Source of the DNA: Macrostomum hystrix
Taxonomy: Eukaryota; Animalia; Platyhelminthes
Direction: 5' to 3'
NCBI GenBank assembly: GCA_950097015.1
Contig: CATNEN010000035.1
Coordinates: 992,001-1,056,000, forward strand
DNA length: 64,000 nt
Shown: positions 1 to 11,616 of the stretch, one piece after another
Numbering within the stretch: the stretch's first letter is position 1
Layout: every line of letters starts with the position of its first letter
Position numbers and translations under genes: made by a program
Notes under the pieces: model-generated
Databases searched by the model: none
Seen by the model: only the letters and a program-made list of their open reading frames with translations
Told to the model about the DNA's origin: nothing

Positions 1-394
1 CTACTCACTTCGTTGCCTTTTTGGCCAACATCAAAGCAAGGACCTCTGTTAGTAAAACATAACTTAGTTAGGCTACAGTGGTCCTTGAATCAAAGTCACT
101 GAACTCTCACTTCTCCGAGAAGTAACATGAACTAAAAATGATCTTAAACAATAATACTGAGAAGAGGCATGATCTTTATCCACTAAGGCTTAGAAACAAC
201 ATGACCTAATGATCTTAAACAATAATGCCGAGAAGCGAGATAACAAGATGTTTTTAGCTAGTCGAGAAAGAAGAGAAGCGACACCAACCATTGATCTTAA
301 TAACTACTAAGGACAAAATTGGCAATTCATTACCTAATGATCCCAGCCACTAATTAAGGACTATACCTATACTTTGTCGAAAATACAGAGACGC

Positions 395-576
395 GTAATC
401 AGTAGCTGTAATCAGTAGCTGTAATCAGTAGCTGTAATCAGTAGCTGTAATCAGTAGCTGTAATCAGTAGCTGTAATCAGTAGCTGTAATCAGTAGCTGT
501 AATCAGTAGCTGTAATCAGTAGCTGTAATCAGTAGCTGTAATCAGTAGCTGTAATCAGTAGCTGTAATCAGTAGCT
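395..576. repeat. 13-bp minisatellite (GTAATCAGTAGCT) x14
   Basis: Perfect tandem copies read directly; 182 bp = 14 x 13. Confidence 0.98.
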
Positions 577-712
577 GAAAATCGACACCCCATATGAGTT
601 TATTAGCTAAAACGACGCCCCTCTTTAGTTTTATCGAGTAAGGCTTAGAGGCGACACGGCCAATAAATTTAGAGACACTTCGAGGTCTTTGCTCGAAATG
701 CCAAGAATGTTT

Positions 713-2007
713 TGAGCTACCCTGCAGCTGTGAGCTACCCTGCAGCTGTGAGCTACCCTGCAGCTGTGAGCTACCCTGCAGCTGTGAGCTACCCTGCAGC
801 TGTGAGCTACCCTGCAGCTGTGAGCTACCCTGCAGCTGTGAGCTACCCTGCAGCTGTGAGCTACCCTGCAGCTGTGAGCTACCCTGCAGCTGTGAGCTAC
901 CCTGCAGCTGTGAGCTACCCTGCAGCTGTGAGCTACCCTGCAGCTGTGAGCTACATTGCAGCTGTGAGCTACCCTGCAGCTGTGAGCTACCCTGCAGCTG
1001 TGAGCTACATTGCAGCTGTGAGCTACCCTGCAGCTGTGAGCTACCCTGCAGCTGTGAGCTACCCTGCAGCTGTGAGCTACCCTGCAGCTGTGAGCTACCC
1101 TGCAGCTGTGAGCTACCCTGCAGCTGTGAGCTACATTGCAGCTGTGAGCTACATTGCAGCTGTGAGCTACATTGCAGCTGTGAGCTACATTGCAGCTGTG
1201 AGCTACATTGCAGCTGTGAGCTACCCTGCAGCTGTGAGCTACATTGCAGCTGTGAGCTACATTGCAGCTGTGAGCTACCCTGCAGCTGTGAGCTACCCTG
1301 CAGCTGTGAGCTACCCTGCAGCTGTGAGCTACCCTGCAGCTGTGAGCTACCCTGCAGCTGTGAGCTACCCTGCAGCTGTGAGCTACCCTGCAGCTGTGAG
1401 CTACCCTGCAGCTGTGAGCTACCCTGCAGCTGTGAGCTACCCTGCAGCTGTGAGCTACATTGCAGCTGTGAGCTACCCTGCAGCTGTGAGCTACCCTGCA
1501 GCTGTGAGCTACCCTGCAGCTGTGAGCTACCCTGCAGCTGTGAGCTACCCTGCAGCTGTGAGCTACCCTGCAGCTGTGAGCTACCCTGCAGCTGTGAGCT
1601 ACCCTGCAGCTGTGAGCTACATTGCAGCTGTGAGCTACATTGCAGCTGTGAGCTACATTGCAGCTGTGAGCTACATTGCAGCTGTGAGCTACATTGCAGC
1701 TGTGAGCTACCCTGCAGCTGTGAGCTACCCTGCAGCTGTGAGCTACCCTGCAGCTGTGAGCTACCCTGCAGCTGTGAGCTACCCTGCAGCTGTGAGCTAC
1801 CCTGCAGCTGTGAGCTACCCTGCAGCTGTGAGCTACCCTGCAGCTGTGAGCTACCCTGCAGCTGTGAGCTACCCTGCAGCTGTGAGCTACCCTGCAGCTG
1901 TCAGCTACCCTGCAGCTGTGAGCTACCCTGCAGCTGTGAGCTACCCTGCAGCTGTGAGCTACCCTGCAGCTGTGAGCTACCCTGCAGCTGTGAGCTACAT
2001 TGCAGCT
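713..2007. repeat. 18-bp minisatellite (TGAGCTACCCTGCAGCTG), ~72 copies, with an ATT variant
   Basis: Direct reading. The 433-aa SYPAAV ORF is the translation of this unit and starts at TTG. Confidence 0.98.
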
Positions 2008-4984
2008 AGCTAGCTGACATTCAAAGTTATTAAGGAAAAATTGTATACGCTTTTTTCTACTTGCAGTAAACGGTCTTTAGAGATGTTATTATTCTTTTGT
2101 ATTTTTTTTCGACATTTTTACTTTTTATGGCTGTTTATCTATCGCTTCTGCAATGTTTTAAAGCTTTTTTGACGTTTACACGTGCATTATTTAGGCATTT
2201 AGATCGTATATTCGTTTTTTTCTACCAAAGCACGAAGCACTTTTACGTTTAGTTTTAAAACTGAGCTAGATATTGGTATGGAGCCATAGTTTTTATGTAT
2301 AAATATAATACAGATTCTGGGATATTTTCTTGTACTTTAATTTTTTGTCTTCAGTTGTCTTTTAACATTGTTGATAATATTTAGTTTGTGTTTTCCATAA
2401 CATGTCAGTAATGAAGTTTTTTATTATAACGTTTGTTTGCTGAATACTCGTATTTAATTTACTGCTCAGACAAGTGAACTTCTTTAACTAATAATTGCGT
2501 AGGCTTGATTATGAGCGCACGGATTACGTTTCGTGATTGAGTGTAGCGTCTGAGTGAAAGATAGGCGGTTGACAATAATTCTGTCACACATTTCACAGAA
2601 GAGATTTCCACTTCTCTCAACTGAACTTATTTTTGTATTGCTTTGATGCGCAGATCCTTGCTGTACTGCAGCGCAAGGCCTACGCGTGGACCAGGTCGTG
2701 TGAACACGAAGCACTGGCCCGACTCCACAAAAACTGGATTAATAACGTAGTAGACCAATGGTCTACGTTTGAGGTATTAATCTCAAAAGAACAGAAACTA
2801 CACTTTGATCTTAGCCAATAAGGCCGAGAAGCGATAAAAATTGGGAAGCAGATTGATTATTTTACTAGATGTACCTTGCAACATTTTGCATTTCTACCCT
2901 ACTTTTCGTGTTGCACAGCTACAGATGCAGAAATTGGCATGAAAAGTGCTTATAAGCTTGCTTAAACTTGGCTGATGCTACTGAAAAGTGTACTTTTTAT
3001 AGTGAACAGCTTTTCATTTTTTATTTAAAAGCTCTGAATTGAGATAACTAAGTTTACAACTAAAAAATGGAAAGTACTCGATATTGCCATACGGGCAGAA
3101 TAAGTATGTGCAAATAGCGCTACTGTTAGTAATATAACAATATAATAACAATCAAACACTCATGCACGTCATCGTTCCGAAGATTTATGACTGGTTCGAA
3201 TTTATTGCTAGTAAAAAATTCCAATGTTTTCTGCGTAGCAAATTTTTATTCATGGCAGAATTTTTATTCTGCCATACCACATGCACATATTTCATTTACT
3301 CTTCGGGTTCAAACGATTTGCCGTTGCGCGTCGCTTGGGCTACTCGAAGTTGTCAGGCTTGAATATTTATTGATGCACTTTTTCATCGCAGGTTCGATTG
3401 AAGTTGTATTAATCTATTAAATGAAAAATAAACTACGCACGTGGAGCACTTCCGAATTGACTTGAACACTGGACAAAAAAGGTTTATTTAATTTAGGCTA
3501 GTCAGTGCGTCGTGCAGATAGCACGAAACCATGTGGTCATGAGTTCGAGTCACTTATGTCGTAAATTCTTTGTCACTTTTTTATTAAACCTCAACACATC
3601 GGTGCGTACTCATTTTTAATACAAGTACCATAGCTAACTATGAAGCTCAACACTTATCGAGTTAAAATGGTTAAATCTATAAAACCTAAATTAAATTCTG
3701 CGTCGAAGCAATTCATGTATGCACAAAAGAAACAAATGTTATTACGCAATGAATTACAGTTCATTTTGTCTAGTTACAATTGTATTTATAAAATACTATA
3801 TTTAATGCAAATAGCAAATTCTGTTCTTGTTTAGTTAATAAAAAGTTTTGGTCCTATCCGATATGTATCGAAAACTACATAAAAAAGTCTATAAAGAATG
3901 GTGAGACAAACTAAACTGATGTAAATTTACTGCGATTCAAAGCGGTGAACTTAGACCAGATTAGACCAGAATTCTATCAATCGATCAGTTAGATTTGATA
4001 AATCGATTTGTAAGATAATAGTTACTAGTCCTTGGAACTACCCTGCATCTGTAAGCTAAAAGATGAACAGAACATAATTCAGTATACGCTTTTTTTCTAC
4101 TTGCAGTAGAAGATACAAGATATAATTATTAATATACAACAATGGACCCAATTCCTAGGCAAATTTCTATAAAATACAATCAATGAGCTTTAGGTGGTAT
4201 GCTCAGCTCAGCATGGAGTGCATGCGTCACAGTGTCGGTGTTATCATTAGACCAACAGACTGAGTAGCCTCCACAATGTGGAGGTCCCTTGGGACACAGC
4301 CAAGCCCGGCCTGGGTGGGGTCTCCGGTTAGTTTAATTTGTATGGAAATTGATTTCAGTTGTGTCGCGCCGGGACCAGGCCAAAGCTGACCCCTTGACCC
4401 CTGTGTCACAGACTCAGGCCAGCTCACACAAAACTCTTTCCCCAATGTATACTCTATTTGGGTATCTTTTTCTGAAGCTAATTTCTCAAGAGGCGATGGA
4501 GTCGAGTTGCGTGTTTTTTCTCTTTAACAGTGAAATTCAATTTTCAAGCAACGACGCGATGGAAGACAGGGGACTGCGGAGAGCTTTTGAAAGATTCTCG
4601 GCTGGATTGGGGAATTGAAAATTTGGCGTCATCCCCATGAGAGGTTCGCTCTTACGAGTGTATATTAGGAAAAGCGAAAGTTGTTGGTACTGCCTATATT
4701 CGTTTGGCCAATCAATGGCCCCATTACAGCATTGATATGCGCGCTAAATGAAGAAAATTTGTTTAACTACTGGACTGGCATGCATGCATTTCCCTAGAGG
4801 GTCGCCTTCTTGTGCATCAATTGCGACACGGTGAATGCTTCGACTCAAAAGCTGAATTAGAGCTCGGTAAGGGGTTTGGGCGCTTTGAATATGCATGACG
4901 GCAAGTTGCTAGGGACGGCTTTGTTCGGTTCTTGGACGAAGAAGCGCATGCACGTCTACTGGCTTCGAAAAAGATGTTGGAGGA

Positions 4985-7900
4985 CTGGTGTGTAATGACT
5001 GCTGAGGCTGAAGGGCTGGTGTGTAATGACTGCTGAGGCTGAAGGGTTGGTGTGTAATGACTGCTGAGGCTGAAGGGCTGGTGTGTAATGACTGCTGAGG
5101 CTGAAGGGCTGGTGTGTAATGGCTGCTGAGGCTGAAGGGCTGGTGTGTAATGACTGCTGAGGCTGAAGGGCTGGTGTGTAATGACTGCTGAGGCTGAAGG
5201 GCTGGTGTGTAATGGCTGCTGAGGCTGAAGGGCTGGTGTGTAATGACTGCTGAGGCTGAAGGGCTGGTGTGTAATGGCTGCTGAGGCTGAAGGGCTGGTG
5301 TGTAATGACTGCTGAGGCTGAAGGGCTGGTGTGTAATGACTGCTGAGGCTGAAGGGCTGGTGTGTAATGGCTGCTGAGGCTGAAGGGCTGGTGTGTAATG
5401 ACTGCTGAGGCTGAAGGGCTGGTGTGTAATGACTGCTGAGGCTGAAGGGCTGGTGTGTAATGGCTGCTGAGGCTGAAGGGCTGGTGTGTAATGGCTGCTG
5501 AGGCTGAAGGGCTGGTGTGTAATGGCTGCTGAGGCTGAAGGGCTGGTGTGTAATGACTGCTGAGGCTGAAGGGCTGGTGTGTAATGACTGCTGAGGCTGA
5601 AGGGCTGGTGTGTAATGGCTGCTGAGGCTGAAGGGCTGGTGTGTAATGACTGCTGAGGCTGAAGGGCTGGTGTGTAATGACTGCTGAGGCTGAAGGGCTG
5701 GTGTGTAATGACTGCTGAGGCTGAAGGGCTGGTGTGTAATGGCTGCTGAGGCTGAAGGGCTGGTGTGTAATGACTGCTGAGGCTGAAGGGCTGGTATGTA
5801 ATGACTGCTGAGGCTGAAGGGCTGGTGTGTAATGGCTGCTGAGGCTGAAGGGCTGGTGTGTAATGGCTGCTGAGGCTGAAGGGCTGGTGTGTAATGACTG
5901 CTGAGGCTGAAGGGCTGGTGTGTAATGTCTGCTGAGGCTGAAGGGCTGGTGTGTAATGGCTGCTGAGGCTGAAGGGCTGGTGTGTAATGGCTGCTGAGGC
6001 TGAAGGGCTGGTGTGTAATGGCTGTTGAGGCTGAAAGGCTGGTGTGTAATGGCTGCTGAGGCTGAAGGGCTGGTGTGTAATGACTGCTGAGGCTGAAGGG
6101 CTGGTGTGTAATGGCTGCTGAGGCTGAAGGGCTGGTGTGTAATGACTGCTGAGGCTGAAGGGCTGGTGTGTAATGACTGCTGAGGCTGAAGGGCTGGTGT
6201 GTAATGGCTGCTGAGGCTGAAGGGCTGGTGTGTAATGACTGCTGAGGCTGAAGGGCTGGTGTGTAATGGCTGCTGAGGCTGAAGGGCTGGTGTGTAATGA
6301 CTGCTGAGGCTGAAGGGCTGGTGTGTAATGACTGCTGAGGCTGAAGGGCTGGTGTGTAATGACTGCTGAGGCTGAAGGGCTGGTGTGTAATGACTGCTGA
6401 GGCTGAAGGGCTGGTGTGTAATGGCTGCTGAGGCTGAAGGGCTGGTGTGTAATGGCTGCTGAGGCTGAAGGGCTGGTGTGTAATGGACTGCTGAGGCTGA
6501 AGGGCTGGTGTGTAATGGCTGCTGAGGCTGAAGGGCTGGTGTGTAATGGCTGCTGAGGCTGAAGGGCTGGTGTGTAATGACTGCTGAGGCTGAAGGGCTG
6601 GTGTGTAATGTCTGCTGAGGCTGAAGGGCTGGTGTGTAATGGCTGCTGAGGCTGAAGGGCTGGTGTGTAATGACTGCTGAGGCTGAAGGGCTGGTGTGTA
6701 ATGACTGCTGAGGCTGAAGGGCTGGTGTGTAATGACTGCTGAGGCTGAAGGGCTGGTGTGTAATGACTGCTGAGGCTGAAGGGCTGGTGTGTAATGACTG
6801 CTGAGGCTGAAGGGCTGGTGTGTAATGACTGCTGAGGCTGAAGGGCTGGTGTGTAATGACTGCTGAGGCTGAAGGGCTGGTGTGTAATGACTGCTGAGGC
6901 TGAAGGGCTGGTGTGTAATGGCTGCTGAGGCTGAAGGGCTGGTGTGTAATGGCTGCTGAGGCTGAAGGGCTGGTGTGTAATGACTGCTGAGGCTGAAGGG
7001 CTGGTGTGTAATGACTGCTGAGGCTGAAGGGCTGGTGTGTAATGACTGCTGAGGCTGAAGGGCTGGTGTGTAATGACTGCTGAGGCTGAAGGGCTGGTGT
7101 GTAATGACTGCTGAGGCTGAAGGGCTGGTGTGTAATGGCTGCTGAGGCTGAAGGGCTGGTGTGTAATGTCTGCTGAGGCTGAAGGGCTGGTGTGTAATGA
7201 CTGCTGAGGCTGAAGGGCTGGTGTGTAATGTCTGCTGAGGCTGAAGGGCTGGTGTGTAATGGCTGCTGAGGCTGAAGGGCTGGTGTGTAATGACTGCTGA
7301 GGCTGAAGGGCTGGTGTGTAATGGCTGCTGAGGCTGAAGGGCTGGTGTGTAATGTCTGCTGAGGCTGAAGGGCTGGTGTGTAATGACTGCTGAGGCTGAA
7401 GGGCTGGTGTGTAATGTCTGCTGAGGCTGAAGGGCTGGTGTGTAATGGCTGCTGAGGCTGAAGGGCTGGTGTGTAATGACTGCTGAGGCTGAAGGGCTGG
7501 TGTGTAATGACTGCTGAGGCTGAAGGGCTGGTGTGTAATGACTGCTGAGGCTGAAGGGCTGGTGTGTAATGGCTGCTGAGGCTGAAGGGCTGGTGTGTAA
7601 TGGCTGCTGAGGCTGAAGGGCTGGTGTGTAATGACTGCTGAGGCTGAAGGGCTGGTGTGTAATGGCTGCTGAGGCTGAAGGGCTGGTGTGTAATGACTGC
7701 TGAGGCTGAAGGGCTGGTGTGTAATGACTGCTGAGGCTGAAGGGCTGGTGTGTAATGACTGCTGAGGCTGAAGGGCTGGTGTGTAATGGCTGCTGAGGCT
7801 GAAGGGCTGGTGTGTAATGGCTGCTGAGGCTGAAGGGCTGGTGTGTAATGACTGCTGAGGCTGAAGGGCTGGTGTGTAATGGCTGCTGAGGCTGAAGGGC

Positions 7901-8345
7901 TGGTGTGTAATGACTGCTGAGGCTGAAGGGCTGGTGTGTAATGACTGCTGAGGCTGAAGGGCTGGTGTGTAATGACTGCTGAGGCTGAAGGGCTGGTGTG
8001 TAATGGCTGCTGAGGCTGAAGGGCTGGTGTGTAATGACTGCTGAGGCTGAAGGGCTGGTGTGTAATGACTGCTGAGGCTGAAGGGCTGGTGTGTAATGGC
8101 TGCTGAGGCTGAAGGGCTGGTGTGTAATGACTGCTGAGGCTGAAGGGCTGGTGTGTAATGACTGCTGAGGCTGAAGGGCTGGTGTGTAATGACTGCTGAG
8201 GCTGAAGGGCTGGTGTGTAATGGCTGCTGAGGCTGAAGGGCTGGTGTGTAATGTCTGCTGAGGCTGAAGGGCTGGTGTGTAATGGCTGCTGAGGCTGAAG
8301 GGCTGGTGTGTAATGGCTGCTGAGGCTGAAGGGCTAGGTGTAATG
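4985..8345. repeat. 31-bp minisatellite (CTGGTGTGTAATGNCTGCTGAGGCTGAAGGG), ~108 copies
   Basis: Direct reading; variation is almost confined to one position (A/G/T). The 1196-aa minus ORF has a 31-aa period, equal to three units read through all three frames. Confidence 0.98.
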
Positions 8346-9205
8346 GATATTGCTATAACATCGAATTTCATAGTTCTGTTTCCAAGCTTTGAAGCCGAAA
8401 TGCTCAAAAGATTATGAACGATGTAAGTGAATGCAATGTGTTAAGAAGTAGTTCAGTGAAGTTGACATTAATTAATAAGACATGAAATGCACATTAAAGT
8501 TATGACATAACAAAGTTGGGTCTCGCCTCACATGAAGGATCATTATATTTTTTATCAGACTAAAGCTAAAACAGGTGCTAGACAATGCATATAAACAACA
8601 TGGAAATACAAAAATAAACAATAAAAAGAAATTAACAATAGGGCTAAGTGGCATTTGGTAGTTTTTCCTGAAATAATGATCTTTAATAATTTGGGAAGAT
8701 TGAACGGCAGAGTATAGTTCTTTAAGCTGTGTTACATAACAGCCCTGCCTTAAATACTTCTCAACGTAAGTAAGGCCTGATAATTTTGTGCCAACTTTAA
8801 GCCTAAATAAATAATTGTGAATCATTGAAGGGTGAACTGACTGTGACACAATGAAATGTATAGCTAAGGTATATGTTCTAGCACATTTGGTTGGCCTTAA
8901 TCTAGATATGCTAGAATATTCTTAAACAAAAGCAAAACAATATACAAAAACAAGAAGCTACAAGCAAGGTATGACAAAGCAATTTTGCTAGAAATTATCC
9001 GTACTTACATTGTTCAACTTGTTTCCAACTTTAGCAAACAAAACAAAATGAAAAAGACAAATTTAATGATTAGAATTGACAAATGTCCATTTCGAGTACT
9101 ACTCAAATAAAAAGGTAATATAGATGGAGTTTTTTAGCTGTCAACAAAAAACAAATGAGTGATCCACGATCAGGTCGACTGTGCGAAAAGCATTTGTCAA
9201 TAAAA

Positions 9206-11464
9206 CTACGGCAATAACGGCTGGCAGACTCTCCAGCCACTGCTACGGCAGCCGAAGGCTTCAATGAAACCCGGCACGCGAACCAGCAGACGGCTAAGAC
9301 GATCAGACATGGATCCGGCTGGGCCCCAGCGATGAGAGGCCACCGCCTTCTGGCAGTACAGCTGACCGATGGAGACGAAAAACTCGCGCTGCTTAGCGGC
9401 CGATGTCGCCGACGACTTCGGCGTAGACATTCGCAGCGCCGCAGCAGCAGCTGAAAATTCGACAAAGTCACGGCGAGCCGATTGCGGCCTGGCGTCCAGG
9501 CACTCCATGGCCGACCGGTTGGCCACGAACGCGGCTGACGGCGAGGCGGCCAAGCCAGCGAGTTCGTAAGCCAGAAGGAAGTCCAGTTGATGAGGCCGCG
9601 ACATCAGTGCCGGCAGGTAGTACGCCAGCGGATACGGGAACCGGCGCCCAGCGTCGTCCAGTGCGTCGCTGAAAAACAACGGCGGCGAAGGGGGCGGCGG
9701 TGGCGGCAGCTGGGGCGGAGGATTGCCGGCGGAGGCGTGGAAGGCCAGCCGGTGAGCCGCTAGTCGACGGTGTCTGAGGGCGTCCAACAGGTTGGGCAGA
9801 AATTCGACGTCGGCTGGTAGCCGGAGTTCACCGTACAGATTCAACAGCCGCTCCTCCCTGCCGAGGCCGCCGTCGAGGCCAAACTGAGCCGACAAGCCCC
9901 AGACAGGTCGGGCGCGGGTCAGACGGTTGCCGCTGCCGATTTCTTCATGCAAGGCGGCGCGTGCGACCTCGAGTCGTTCGGCCGCAAATTGAAGCGCGCC
10001 TGACTCTCTTGTCAGGTGTCGCGCAGCGAACGAGGCCACCAGAGCGTCAGGGAACAGACGGTGCAAGCTGCGCAAACACGCCTCTGGACGGTCGCCTTCG
10101 TCTTCAATGTCGTCTTTCGCCGGCTTCTCAATCGGCAGTGCGTCACGCAGCTCAACAAAGTGCTGTCGAAGCTCAGCTAGCGCATTGACAAAGGCGTAGC
10201 CAACCAGCGTGTCCGGGTCCTGTCGCGAGGCCAGGTCGAACAGGCGCCTCAGCGTGTCGGCCTGTCGCACGCACACCCGGCTGTACTTGCCCTCAGCCCA
10301 GGCTGGCAGGATGAGGCTGCGGAAGCTGAGCCAGCCAGTGGCTCCGTTTGGAAACAGGCCGGCCAGACCGTTTGCGTCCAAATGGTCGTCTGGGGAAGCC
10401 TTGCTAGCCGAGTCAAGCAGCTGATGAAGCGCCGTGTGGTAGGCCGCCATCTTCTCGACGATGAGGTAGGGCACTCCGCGCTTCGCCAGCCGGAATGCGG
10501 CTTCGATCAGTCGGACGAGCCTGTCGCGAGTAATCCCAGCCAGTCCACGTGGAGTCGACGGCGTTAGGCACAACGGCAGCGTATCCTCTGGCGCTGACCC
10601 AGAGCCTGCGGAGACTACATCGACACCTGTTGGAAAGTCGTGCACCAGGAACTGGGCGAGAACGCGTTCCGGGGAGTGCTCGAAGCCCCAGACCACCGAT
10701 TCTGCACCGAACACCGACATCGGTGTGAAACGGCCGAGGTCGGAGAAGGCCAAGACCACCTGGGCAGAGGTCAGGCCGGTCGAAGCAGCACAGGAGCGAG
10801 TCAGATTGGACAATGCCTGCTGCCAGCCGATCCCGTGTCCCGTGGGACTCATCAGCAGCGTCTCCAATAGAGAGTCCCGCAATCGCAGCTGCAGCTGACG
10901 CACCGAGTTGGTCTCGCGCTCGACGCTTCGACCGCTCCAGCGCAGGCTGACGGCCGAGTTGAAACGCCCACACGCGGCTGCATGGAGTCCGCTATCGCCA
11001 GCGCAGACGTCAGCTGTCGGATCGGCGAAGTCGCCTGAAGACTGCGACAACTGCCAGCTGCTGCCGCTATCTGACGAAGTTAGCATCATTGAATTGGAGG
11101 CGCCGTGCCCTGCCGCGGACGAAGCAGCAGAGGAGAAGCGGCTGCGGGCGCAGTCAGCGGTGGCAAACGCCGGCAGGGCGGTTCTGGCGTCCAAGAAGAA
11201 GTAGAACAGGCAGAGAACTCCGAAGCCAGCAGCCAGGAGAGACAGCAGGCCGGCTAGGACACAGGTTGTGGCGCGGCAGCCGGACCGCCTTGGACAACAG
11301 CGGTGGCTCTTCGCCAATGACGAAGCTGCGGCCTCAGCGTCCGAGGTCGATGATGAAGACATTGCGGAGGAAGCGGCGTTGGTCTTTGTCTGAGCCGACG
11401 GCGGAATTAGGGCCTCCTCGTTGCCTGAAGAGGCGGTGACGGCGGTGGAGCCGGAAGTTGTCAT
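9206..11464 (-). CDS. Neprilysin/endothelin-converting-enzyme (M13)-like type II membrane protein, intronless, predicted catalytically inactive
   Basis: First ATG at 11464 (the ORF track starts at TTG 11572). Single TM (VLAGLLSLLAAGFGVLCLFYFFL) is followed by M13 hallmarks: ADPTADVC...AACGRF (cf. DPSVDPC-DFY-ACGGW), EFFVSIGQLYC (cf. QLFFISFAQVWC), GFIEAFGC. The HExxH position reads YELAG. Confidence 0.85.
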   Translation of the reverse strand: MTTSGSTAVTASSGNEEALIPPSAQTKTNAASSAMSSSSTSDAEAAASSLAKSHRCCPRRSGCRATTCVLAGLLSLLAAGFGVLCLFYFFLDARTALPAFATADCARSRFSSAASSAAGHGASNSMMLTSSDSGSSWQLSQSSGDFADPTADVCAGDSGLHAAACGRFNSAVSLRWSGRSVERETNSVRQLQLRLRDSLLETLLMSPTGHGIGWQQALSNLTRSCAASTGLTSAQVVLAFSDLGRFTPMSVFGAESVVWGFEHSPERVLAQFLVHDFPTGVDVVSAGSGSAPEDTLPLCLTPSTPRGLAGITRDRLVRLIEAAFRLAKRGVPYLIVEKMAAYHTALHQLLDSASKASPDDHLDANGLAGLFPNGATGWLSFRSLILPAWAEGKYSRVCVRQADTLRRLFDLASRQDPDTLVGYAFVNALAELRQHFVELRDALPIEKPAKDDIEDEGDRPEACLRSLHRLFPDALVASFAARHLTRESGALQFAAERLEVARAALHEEIGSGNRLTRARPVWGLSAQFGLDGGLGREERLLNLYGELRLPADVEFLPNLLDALRHRRLAAHRLAFHASAGNPPPQLPPPPPPSPPLFFSDALDDAGRRFPYPLAYYLPALMSRPHQLDFLLAYELAGLAASPSAAFVANRSAMECLDARPQSARRDFVEFSAAAAALRMSTPKSSATSAAKQREFFVSIGQLYCQKAVASHRWGPAGSMSDRLSRLLVRVPGFIEAFGCRSSGWRVCQPLLP

Positions 11465-11600
11465 GGCGATGATGGCTACAGCCGCCTCTGATCGACGTCT
11501 TGCGTGCTTCTGAATGTTTCGGCCTTTTGGGATCAGCGAATAGTCGCTTTCAGGGCTGTGGTTTTTCGTCAATGAGTTCTGACACTCTGTTTTCTGTCGT

Positions 11601-11616
11601 CTTTTTATATAAAAAG
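11601..11616. promoter_or_regulatory. Palindromic TATA box (CTTTTTATATAAAAAG), putative core promoter of the M13-like gene
   Basis: Perfect 16-bp palindrome giving TATATAAAAA on both strands, ~30 bp upstream of a minus-strand TCAG Inr-like site at ~11580. Confidence 0.45.

Noticed and set aside
712-2013. 433-aa SYPAAV ORF
   Set aside because: Translation of an 18-bp array, TTG start, no unique coding flanks.
3495-3552. tRNA gene near GAGTTCGAGTC
   Set aside because: Only a B-box-like motif and no cloverleaf. Similar fragments at ~21070-21120, ~24195-24210 and ~59790-59845 were likewise treated as decayed SINE heads.
4817-8407. 1196-aa mucin-like ORF
   Set aside because: The 31-bp unit lacks stops in all three minus frames; TTG start; cycling through frames is not expected of a real repeat protein.
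9369-11439. Plus-strand ORFs overlapping the M13-like, GT, Tudor and zinc-finger genes
   Set aside because: Antisense shadows of GC-rich coding sequence.
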